19,024 bases of DNA, from positions 1-19,024 of the forward strand of contig NW_021824390.1 of assembly GCF_006345805.1 (NCBI RefSeq). The letters run 5' to 3'. The first letter of the stretch is position 1. The number at the start of each line of letters is the position of its first letter. Positions 1-9,960 of the stretch are shown here, in pieces. The notes under the pieces are model-generated. The model was not told where the DNA came from. It ran no database searches and worked only from the letters and a program-made list of their open reading frames with translations. The position numbers were made by a program, and so were the translations under genes. Source of the DNA: Octopus sinensis. Taxonomy: Eukaryota.

Positions 1-450
1 TCACCAGAGAAAAACTTCTGCTGGTGGTTGCAATTGTAATGATACCTCGGTTCTCTGGTTTAGGTTAGTTTCACAGGTTGTCTCAGAATTTGGAATTTTC
101 TATGCTCAGTTAAAGGGAGATTTTGGCCCCACTATCAACAATGTTTTTGAAATTCACCAAGAGAAAACTTCTGCTGGTGGTTGCAATTTGACGATACCTC
201 TGTTCTCTGGTTTAGGTTAGTTTCACAGGTTGTCTCAGAATTTGGAATTTTCTATGCTCAGTTAAAGGGAGATTTTGGCACCACTATCAACAATATTTTT
301 GAAATTCACCAAGAGAAAACTTCTGCTGGTGGTTGCAATTTGACGATACCTCTGTTCTCTGGTTTAGGTTAGTTTCACAGGTTGTCTCAGAATTTGGAAT
401 TTTCTATGCTCAGTTAAAGGGAGATTTTGGCACCACTATCAACAATGTTT
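1..450. repeat. Tandem repeat, ~152-bp unit, ~3 copies (may continue left of the window)
   Basis: Unit TCACCAAGAGAAAACTTCTGCTGGTGG...CACTATCAACAATRTTT starts at 1, 154 and 306; similarity stops at ~450. The two near-identical + ORFs in the track (181-372, 333-527) are a consequence of the repeat. Confidence 0.95.
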
Positions 451-650
451 CATGCTGGTGTAGGGCTTGTCTATCTCTAGTTCTTAATTTCTTTTCTTTT
501 ATTCTTTTACAAATTTCAATCCTTTGACTGTGACCTTACTCAAAGGTTGTACTCAACCAGTTTGACGAAATCTTTTATATTTGCAAGCCTGATGCTTAGT
601 CTCCCTCTCCTCTTGCAGGAATGTAAACAAACTAACACCAGTTATAAGGA

Positions 651-1215
651 TGGATACACACATACACACACATGTGTGTGTATAAGACATGTATACTTGC
701 ATGCACGTACAAACACATATACATACATATATGTATGCACGCATGTATGTATAATCTTATATACATATTCATAAATATAGGTGTAAGTATACACATACAT
801 ATAAACACATATATGTATATTATAAATATATATGTACACATATTTGTGAAAGTGTGCATCAATATATACACACTTATATTTGTGAGTCTATCTATGAATA
901 TATATACACATATATTTGTGTAAGTGTGCTTATATATATAATATATATATATATATATCTATCCTATCTAATATATATATGATATATATATATATATGTT
1001 CATATATGTATATATAAATGTATATGTATCTATATATATATGCTGTGTGGGTATGCATATGTATGTGTGTAGATGTATATGTGTGTATATATGGTATATA
1101 TGCATGCGTATAAGTATATATATATGGTGTAGAGAGAATATGTGTATCTTTATATATATATATGTATGTGTGTATATTTATATATTGCAACACACACACA
1201 ATATATATATATATA

Positions 1216-1248
<33 letters not shown>

Positions 1249-1275
1249 TGCATGTATACACATGTATACACACAT
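651..1275. repeat. Compound (TA)n/(CA)n/(TG)n microsatellite tract
   Basis: Nearly continuous dinucleotide repeats; source of the Y/I/C/V/H-rich spurious ORFs. Confidence 0.95.
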
Positions 1276-1364
1276 AGTTTCAACAAAAATGAGTGACAAG
1301 TGTAGTAATAACAGAAAAATGATTTTGGAAATTTAACATTAGGTTTTTAATTCAAGTTAAAAGT

Positions 1365-1688
1365 ATATCCACACACACACACCACACACGTATGGATCCC
1401 ATTTGTGGTGTGTGTGTGTGTGTGGTGTGTGTGTGTGTGTGTGATTGCTCTGCTTAAAAAAAGAGAGTGTGGATAGAGAGAGAAAGAAAAAGGAGCCAGT
1501 GAGATGAGTTTGAAATATATGTATATAATACACACATACGCACACACACACACACATATATTTATATACACATATACACACACACACACATATTTATGTA
1601 CACACATATATATATATACACACACATATTTATATACATGTATACACACACGCACACATATATTTATATACATATATACACACAACAC

Positions 1689-1725
<37 letters not shown>

Positions 1726-1955
1726 AAGAGTGTGAGATGTCTATATAAATAAATACATATATATATACACATACACACACATATATATAGACAGATATAT
1801 ATAAATACACACATGTGTGTTTATGTAGATATGTATATATGTATATACATACACACACATATATACATATATATATATTATATATATATATAATATATAT
1901 ATATATATGTGTATATAAGATGCACATATATATATATATTTATATGTATGTATAT
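1365..1955. repeat. Compound (CA)n/(TG)n/(TA)n/(GA)n microsatellite tract
   Basis: Dinucleotide runs seen directly, with short unique interruptions near 1450-1510. Confidence 0.95.
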
Positions 1956-2329
1956 AGCTTCAACGCTCCACTACAGGCACTCCGCTAGCCATTCCATCCA
2001 CGCCTTCCACTAACCTCAGGCCATCAATTGAAAATGGTTACATCAGTACAAAAATTTTGACATGTGTGATATACGATGCTTTTTCTGCGGAATCGGTACA
2101 AAGTAGGAAGCGGTGGGGGGCAGTGGAGGGGGCGGAAGTGGAATGTGTGTGTGTGTGTGGGTGGTGGTGGTGGTGGTGGTGGTGGTGGTGGTAGGTAGGC
2201 CCAATGGTGCTGGGTGGCAGGAGGAAGAGGAGGAGGAGGGGAGACGAAATGAAGTGGGGGTAGAGTGATGATGTGGTAGAGAGCTGTCATGTATGATAGC
2301 CGGTGGGGAAGGGGGTGGGGTGGGGAGGG

Positions 2330-4118
2330 TTATGACAGTAGTGATTGCTGTTGTGTTGTTGTTATTTTTCAGCCCTAGGCCTCACTGTGGTCAAGCATGC
2401 CCTGTGATCAAATGCATTCCTAATGTGGCAATCCCTCCAGTATTGCTTTGTATGATAGCAATGGTTACAATGCTAGTGATTGTTGTTGCTGCTGTGATTA
2501 TTTAACCCCAGGTCTCTCCATGTCTGAGCAGGTCCTTTGATCAAACACATTCCAAATGTGACCATCCCTTCTGCTTACTTTCTACTATAGCAATCGTTAT
2601 GATGGTAGTGGTTATTGCTGTTGTAATTATTTAACCCCAGGTCTCTCCATGACGAAGCAGGTCCTTTGATCAAACACATTCCAAATGTGACCATCCCTTC
2701 TGCTTACTTTCTACTGTAGCAATCGTTATGATGGTAGTGGTTATTGCTGTGTAATTATTTAACCCCAGTTCTCTCCATGTCCAAGCAGGTCCTTTGATCA
2801 AACCACATTCCAAATGTGACCATCCTTTCTGCTTACTTTCTACTATAGCAATCGTTATGATGATAGTGGTTATTGTTGTAATTATTTAATCCCGTCTCTC
2901 CATGACCGAGCAGGTCCTTTGATCAAACACATTCCAAATGTGACCATCCCTTCTGCTTACTTTCTACTATAACAATTGTTATGATGATAGTGGTTATTGT
3001 TGTAATTATTTAACCCCAGGTCTCTCCATGACCGAGCAGGTCCTTTGATCAAACATTCCAAATGTGACCATCCCTTCTGCTAACTTTCTACTGTAGCAAT
3101 CGTTATGATGATAGTGGTTATTGCTGTTGTAATTATTTAACCCCAGGTCTCTCCATGACTGAGCAGGTCCTTTGATCAAACACATTCCAAATGTGACCAT
3201 CCCTTCTACTAACTTTCTACTATAGCAATCGTTATGATGATAGTGGTTATTGCTGTTGTAATTATTTAACCCCAGGTCTCTCCATGACCGAGCAGGTCCT
3301 TTGATCAAACACATTCCAAATGTGACCATCCCTTCTGCTAACTTTCTACTATAGCAATCGTTATGATGGTAGTGGTTATTGCTGTTGTAATTATTTAACC
3401 CCAGGTCTCTCCATGACCGAGCAGGTCTTTGATCAAACACATTCCAAATGTGACCATCCCTTCTGCTAACTTTCTACTATGGCAATCGTTATGATGGTAG
3501 TGGTTATTGCTGTTGTAATTATTTAACCCCAGGTCTCTCCATGACCGAGCAGGTCCTTTGATCAAACACATTCCAAATGTGACCATCCCTTCTGCTAACT
3601 TTCTACTATAGCAATTGTTAGGATGATAGTGGTTATTGCTGTTGTAATCATTTAACCCCAGGTCTCTCCATGACGGAGCAGGTCCTTTGATCAAACACAT
3701 TCCAAATGTGACCATCCCTTCTGCTTACTTCCTACTATAGCAATCGTTATGATGATAGTGGTTATTGCTGTTGTAATTATTCAGCCCTAGGTCTCGCCAT
3801 AGCTAAGAAATCCCTGTGATCAAACACATTCCAAATGTGGCCATCCCTTGTAGTTGCTTTGTGTGATAGTGGTGATTATCATATTAGTGGTCATCATTGT
3901 TGTTTAACCCCAAGTCTCACCATGACCACGAATACATGTGATCAAATACGTTCCAAATGTGACCATCCCTTCTGGTTACTTTCCATAATAGTCATGATTA
4001 CAATGGTAGCAGTGTTGTTGTTGTTTTTCTGTTTAGCCCCAGGTCTCTCCATGAGTGAGCAAACATGTGATCAAATGCATTCCAAATGTGACCATCCCTT
4101 TGGTTTTCTTTCTTGCAG
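2330..4118. repeat. Tandem array, ~129-bp unit, ~14 units (10 homogeneous central units, degenerate edges)
   Basis: Unit TTAACCCCAGGTCTCTCCATGACCGAGCAGGTCCTTTGATCAAACACATTCCAAATGTGACCATCCCTTCTGCTWACTTTCTACTATAGCAATCGTTATGATGRTAGTGGTTATTGCTGTTGTAATTAT starts near 2502, 2631, 2760, 2886, 3010, 3138, 3267, 3396, 3524 and 3653; degenerate copies start near 2369, 3782, 3905 and 4033. Confidence 0.97.
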
Positions 4119-4275
4119 GAAAACTGTCTCTATATTATTCAATATGGCCTATTTCTGTTGTATTTTCCTTCTAAAGATGGTAGGGTGTGATTCGAGGTCA
4201 AATTGGCTGCTATTTCGATCTGTTCAATTAGATTGGGAGGATTAAGTTGGTTACTATTTCTACCATGTAGAGGAA
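4033..4275. repeat. Unclassified interspersed repeat (family E), joined to the last unit of the 129-bp array
   Basis: Motifs TGACCATCCCTT, GTGATT...TTGGCTGCTATTTC and ACCATGTAGAG recur in the same order at 18826-18995. Confidence 0.6.
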
Positions 4276-4288
4276 CCGTTGCTGGCGC

Positions 4289-4372
<84 letters not shown>

Positions 4373-4495
4373 GATGGGCTTGTTTCAGTTCCATCTACCA
4401 AATCCACTCACAAGGCTTTGGTTGGCCCAAGGCTATAGTAGAAGACACATGCCCATGTGGTTGGTAAGCAAGTTATTACCACACAACCCCGCCTT
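4373..4495 (-). mobile_element. SINE family A (tRNA head plus CORE-like domain), 5' half with an internal deletion that removes the B box
   Basis: Reverse complement aligns to 9290-9445; the segment AAGGTGCC...GAACC is missing at ~4454. Confidence 0.85.
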
Positions 4496-4499
4496 CACC

Positions 4500-4539
<40 letters not shown>

Positions 4540-4560
4540 TATACACATACATATATATAT

Positions 4561-4935
4561 TCTTTTACTTGTTTCATTCATTTGACTCTGTGCATGCTGA
4601 AGCACTGCCTTTAGTCAAGCAAATTGCCCCCACCCCCAGGACTCATCCTTTATAATCCTAGTACTTATTCTATCAGTTACTTTTGATGAACCGCTAAGTT
4701 ACGGCGATGTAAACACACCAGCATCTGTTGTCAAGTGATGGTGGGGGGAACAAATACAGATATAAACTAACATACATGAATATATACGATGGGGTTCGTT
4801 CAGTTTCCATTCACCAAATCAACTGACAAAACTTTGGTCGGCCTGAGGCTATAGTAGAAGACACTTGGCCAAGGTGCCATGCAGTGGGACTGAACCCGGA
4901 GACATGTGGTTGGGAAACAGGCTTCTTACGACAGG
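4561..4935 (-). mobile_element. SINE family A, near full length
   Basis: Reverse complement is colinear with 9290-9699: B box GGGTTCAGTCCC, CORE-like GGCACCTTGGCCAAGTGTCTTC, internal simple repeat, 3' end ...AAACAAGTAAAAGA. Resembles the octopus CORE-SINE OR2 type (recalled, not searched). Confidence 0.88.
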
Positions 4936-5491
4936 GCTAAAATAATTGTGGTCATGTCCAAGATCAATGCAGTCAAGGTGTAGCCATGTCTCATGTTTCA
5001 GTGTGTGGCTTGCTCACAATTCTTTCTGCACTTTTCGTCCGTATCCACGTTGAGGTATCGGCATCTTGCCCAATGGACAGTCCTGCTGGTTTGAATATGT
5101 CGGTGAACAAACTTGAATTTGGCAAAGGGCCGGGGGCAGCCGGAAATAATGCAGTTCGGTCAATCAGCCATGATGATCACCATCATCATCCTCATCACCA
5201 TCATTAAAACTTTTCTTTTTTTTTTTCTTTTAGGTAAATTGTTATTGTAGAATTGTTTACATGTTTCTATGGAATCTCCACATCTTTTGTATGTGTGGGT
5301 GGTGTGTGTTGTTGTGTGCAAGTGTGTGGTGTGCTGTGTGTGTGTGTCTTTGCATAGTTTTTTTTTTTCTTCTTTTGCGAAATGTTTATTTGTGGCCCAC
5401 GTGGCCAATAATGAGTGAATCTTCATCATTATCATCATCATAGGAATTCTTCTTCTTATTATTATTATTATTGCTATTATTATTGTCGAAT

Positions 5492-5798
5492 GAGCAATGG
5501 CCCAGTGGTAGGGCAGCGGACTCACGGCCGGCGGATCGGGGTTTCAATTCCCAGACCGGGCGTTGTGTGTGTTTATTGAAGGAAAACATCTAAAGCTCCA
5601 CGAGGCTCTGGCAGGGGGTAGTGGCAACCCCTGTTGTACTCTTTCGCCCCAACTTTCTCTCACTCTCTCTTCCTGTTTCTTGAGTAACACTGCGATGCAC
5701 TGGCATCACATCCAGGTGTGGGGAACACATACACCACAGAAACCGGGAAACCGGGCCCATGAGCCTGGCTAGGCTTGAAAAGGGCACATAAATAAATA
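5492..5798 (+). mobile_element. SINE family B (tRNA-derived head)
   Basis: A-box-like TGGCCCAGTGGT (5498-5509), B-box-like GGGTTTCAATTCCC (5539-5552), ~300-bp body, (AAAT)n tail, inserted in an (ATT)n tract. Confidence 0.75.
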
Positions 5799-5821
5799 GA
5801 ATTATTATTATCATTATTATC

Positions 5822-6035
5822 AAGGTGGCAAGCTGGCAGAATCGTTAGGATGCCAGGTGAGCTGCTTAGTGGTATTTCGCCTATCTTTATGTTCTGAGTT
5901 CAAATTCTGCTGTGGTCAGCTTTGCCTTTCATCCTTTCAGGGTTGATAAATTAAGTACCAGTTACATACTGGGGTTGATGTGATTGACTTATCCCCTCCT
6001 CCAAAATGGCAGCTCTTGTGGCAAATTTTACAACC
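5822..6035 (+). mobile_element. SINE family C (tRNA-derived head)
   Basis: A-box-like TGGCAGAATCG (5834), B-box-like GAGTTCAAATTC (5896-5907), central GCCTTTCATCCTTTCAGGGTTGATAAATTAAGTACCAG motif, (ATT)n tail. An orphan related 3' end lies at 6114-6148. Confidence 0.8.
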
Positions 6036-6048
6036 ATTATTATTATTA

Positions 6049-6088
<40 letters not shown>

Positions 6089-6332
6089 ATGAAGAACTAT
6101 TATTATTGTTCATTCCAAATTCAGGCCTTGTGCCTAAAGTAGAAAGGATTATTATATTATTATTATTATTATTAGTAGTAGTAGTAGTAGTAGTAGTAGT
6201 ATAGGAAATATCAATTATCACTATTATTATTATTATTACGATTATTATTTTTATCTAGCACCAATTATTATTATTACATCATCATCTATCATAATCATCA
6301 TCATCATCATTATATTATTATTATTATTATTA

Positions 6333-6376
<44 letters not shown>

Positions 6377-6600
6377 CAAGAACTGTTATCATCATCATCG
6401 TTTTAATTTTTTGCTATTATTATTATATTATTATTATTAGTATTATCATCATCATCATCATCATCATCACATCATCATCATCTCATCATCATCATCATCA
6501 TCATCACATCTCATCATCATCATTTTATTATTATATTATTATTATGTGTAGTAGTTAGTAGTACAAGAACTGTTATCATCATCAGTTTAATTTTTTTTGC

Positions 6601-6647
<47 letters not shown>

Positions 6648-7263
6648 GAGGAACTACCTTTATCAGCAGCGTCATCATCAACATCATCGTCGTCATCCAC
6701 ACTCTATGTCTGTCTTTGTACTTTGTCCCCCTCCTCCCCCCCCACATATCCTTCGCCCATGTAACGAATAAATGAAATCATCATCATCATCATCATCAAT
6801 ATTACCGTTACAGAAATGATTATCATCATCATCATCATCATCTTTATTATCATTTCTATTATATTTTCATTATTATTATCATCATAATCATCATCATAAT
6901 CATCATCATCATCATTATTATTATACAAACAATTATCTCATCATCGTTTTTTATTATATTATTATTATTATATATTATATTATTATATTATTATCATTAT
7001 TATTATTATATAATAATAATTATTATTATATATTATATTATTATATAATAATTATTATTATAATAATAATTATATTATATATTATTATCATTATTATTAT
7101 AATTATTATTATTTTATTATCATTATTATTATTATAATAATTATATTATTATTATAATTATTATTATTATCTATTATTATAATTATTATTATATTATCAT
7201 TATTATTATTATTATAATTATTATATATTATTATAATTATTAATATTATAATTATAATTATTA

Positions 7264-7294
<31 letters not shown>

Positions 7295-7455
7295 TATTAT
7301 CATCATCTCATCATCATCATCATCATCATTATTATTATACAAACAATTATCATCATCGTTTCTATATTATTATATTATTATTATTATTTATTATTATTGC
7401 TGTTGTTGTTGTTGCTGCTGTTGTGGTTGTTGCTGCTGTTGTGGTTGTTTGTTAT
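6036..7455. repeat. Compound (ATT)n/(ATC)n/(AGT)n/(GTT,GCT)n trinucleotide tract
   Basis: About 1.4 kb of trinucleotide runs with a few short unique anchors; source of the poly-I/N/D/M ORFs. Confidence 0.95.
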
Positions 7456-7483
7456 TGACACTGCTATTTTTAATTCATTCTAC

Positions 7484-8040
7484 CTGTTAATTGCTCAGCG
7501 GAGCGTCGAATAGTTGTGATGTTGTGTTCGGGCTGCTGTTTAGAGATGCAGTCCGCCAAATTGGAGGAGGAGGAGGAGGGCAGTGGGCAGGGGCAGTTGA
7601 AGGGGGGGTTGGCGGGCGGGTGGAAGTGGGGGATGGGGGCGTGGGGGGGTCAGGCGTGCGTGCGTGCGGAGGAGTGAGATGGAGGTGGGGTGACGGGCGA
7701 GGAAGTGTGTCTGTGGAGTCGGGGTGGGGGTGGGGCGAGCAGACGGGGGGTGGGTGGGTGTTGGGGAGACGGGCATGCGTGGTGGTGCGGCGGCGGTGGT
7801 GGTGCGGTAGGGTAGTTGGCGGTGGTGGTGGATGCGCACCCGCCTAGACATAGTAGGAAAGGGACGAACGAAGTATACGGGGCTCTTTCTGTTTGTTTGT
7901 TTGTTGTTTTCTTTTTATCCTCTCTTTCTGGACAAACTGCAACGCCCCCCTGCCCCCCCCACACCCACTAATGCCTGGGGAGGGAGGGGGAGATAGGATT
8001 GGGGAGGCAGACGGTGCTGGTGGTGGTGGGGAGGGGTAGC
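7484..8040. other. GC- and CpG-rich island, G-rich on the + strand (possible regulatory element or exon)
   Basis: Abrupt rise in GC and CpG content relative to the flanks; many G3+ runs (for example GGGGTGGGGGTGGGG 7721-7735). Function not established. Confidence 0.45.
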
Positions 8041-8084
8041 TTGATCACTTTCAAATCATGCTAATGCAAGAGAGAGGTGTGATG

Positions 8085-8307
8085 GACACTGAGAAAGAAA
8101 GGGACAAACAGACAGACAGACAGATAGATAGATAGATAGACAGATAGATAGATAGATAGATAGATAGACAGATAGATAGATAGATAGAGACAGACAGACA
8201 GACAGATAGATAGATAGACAGAGAGACAGATAGATAGAGACAGATAGATAGATAGATAGACAGATAAATAGATAGATAGACAGATAGATAGAGACAGACA
8301 GACAGAC

Positions 8308-8346
<39 letters not shown>

Positions 8347-9135
8347 GAGGGAAAAGAAAGAAAGAGAAGGATAGACAGACAGATAGAGAGAGGGATAGAC
8401 AGACAGACAGACAGACAGAGAGAAAGGAAGGCTAGAGAGAGAGAGAGGGATAGATAGAGAGACAGACAGATAGAGAGAGAGAGAAGAGAAGGATAGACAC
8501 AGAGGAGAGAGAGAGAGAGGTGATAGACAGACAGACAGGACAGACAGATAGAGAGAGAGAGAGAAAGAGAAGGCTAGAGAGAGAGAGAGGGATAGATAGA
8601 GAGACAGACAGATAGAGAGAGAGAGAAAGAGAAGGATAGACACACAGAGAGAGAGAGAGGGATAGACAGACAGAGAGAGAGAGAGAGAAAGAGAAGGCTA
8701 GACAGACAGATAGATAGAGAGAGAGAGAGGTATAGACAGACAGACATATATATAGAGAGAGGTATAGACAGACAGACAGATAGATAGAGAGAGTGAGAGA
8801 AAGAGAGGGATAGACAGACAGATAGATAATTATATATATATATAGAGAGAGAGAGAGGGGGGAGGATTGACAGACAGATAGATAATAATACCTGCTGTGT
8901 AGTGTAAGAGAGAGAGAGACAGACAGACAGACAGAAAGATAGAGATAAAGAAATAGTAGCAACAGGGAGAGAGGAAGAAACAGGGAGACAAGAGAGAGAG
9001 AATGAGAGAGAGGGAGAGTGAGAGACAGAGGGAGAAAGAGACAAGCAGATAGGTACAGGCAGAGGGGAGATAGAGAAAGATAGACAGATCAGAAGTTAGG
9101 GAGGGAAGGAGGGAGAGAGAGAGAGAAGGGGAGAG
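8085..9135. repeat. Compound (GATA)n/(GACA)n/(GA)n purine-rich satellite tract
   Basis: About 1 kb of tetra- and dinucleotide repeats with internal block duplication (GAAGGCTAGAGAGAG...GAAGGATAGACAC near 8427-8500 and 8568-8643). Confidence 0.95.
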
Positions 9136-9168
9136 AGAGTTGGGAGGAACACAGATACACTGTGTAGG

Positions 9169-9256
9169 ACCTTAGTCAAGTGTCTCCACTCTAGCCCTGG
9201 GCCAACTGAAGCCTTGTGATTGGATTTGGTAGAGGGAAACTGTGTGGAAGCCCATC
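9169..9256 (+). mobile_element. SINE family A fragment (older copy, CORE-like part only)
   Basis: CCTTAGTCAAGTGTCT...GGATTTGGTAGAGGGAAACTG...GAAGCCCATC aligns to 9351-9438. Confidence 0.75.
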
Positions 9257-9289
9257 TTACATATGTACGTGTGTTTGTGTGTGCTTGTG

Positions 9290-9699
9290 TGTGTGATAAG
9301 TAGTTTGCTTACCAACCACATGGTTCCGGGTTCAGTCCCACTGCGTGGCACCTTGGGCAAGTGTCTTCTGCTGAGGCCTCGGGCCGACCAAAGCTTTGTG
9401 AGTGGATTTGGTAGACGGAAACTGAAAGAAGCCCGTCGTATATATGTGTGTATATATATACATATATATATATACATGAGTGAGTTTGTGTGTCTGTGTT
9501 TGTAACCCCCACCATCGCTTGACAACCGATGCTGGTGTGTTTACGTCCTCGTAACTTAGCGGCTCGGCAAAAGAGACTGATAGAATAAGTACTGGGCTTA
9601 CAAAAAATAAGTCCTGGGATCGATTTTCTCGACTAAAGGCGGTGTGCCCAGCACGGCGGCCACAGTCAAATGACTTGAAACAAGTAAAAGAGTAAAAGA
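9290..9699 (+). mobile_element. SINE family A, near full length, with an internal (TA/TG)n linker
   Basis: B box GGGTTCAGTCCC (9328-9339), CORE-like GGCACCTTGGGCAAGTGTCTTC, internal microsatellite 9440-9500, 3' body ending in (GTAAAAGA)x2. Confidence 0.9.
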
Positions 9700-9887
9700 A
9701 TATAATATAATACATACATATATATATATATATACATATATACTACATATATATATATATATATTACATACATACATTATATTATATATACATAATATAT
9801 ATATATATACATACATATATATTAACATACATTATACATCATATATACATACTATATATATATATATACACATACGTATATATATGT

Positions 9888-9928
<41 letters not shown>

Positions 9929-9960
9929 CATAAATTATACATATATATATATATATATAC

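Noticed and set aside
547-1927. Many 60-155 aa Y/I/C/V/H/T ORFs (also 8056-9044, 17069-17655 and others)
   Set aside because: Microsatellite translations, present on both strands and in multiple frames.
2015-2084. 70-nt - strand segment with a good acceptor (TTCCGCAG) and donor (GAG|GTTAGT)
   Set aside because: All three frames contain a stop, and it lies on the strand opposite the supported exon. It is at most a non-coding or pseudo-exon.
2330-4118. CRISPR-like appearance of the 129-bp and 49-bp arrays
   Set aside because: The whole unit is repeated, there are no unique spacers and no cas genes, and the context is eukaryotic.
4119-4179. 61-nt + strand exon-like segment (TTCTTGCAG|...GATG|GTAGGG)
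   Set aside because: It lies inside interspersed repeat family E and the donor is weak. There is no independent support.
5075-5160. C2H2-like string CIISGCPRPFAKFKFVHRH on the - strand
   Set aside because: The second His is mis-spaced, there is no neighbouring finger or TGEKP linker, and there is no start or acceptor.
5492-5560. tRNA genes at SINE heads (also 5822, 9290, 14655)
   Set aside because: Only A/B boxes remain; no complete cloverleaf or acceptor stem is evident and each continues into a SINE body.
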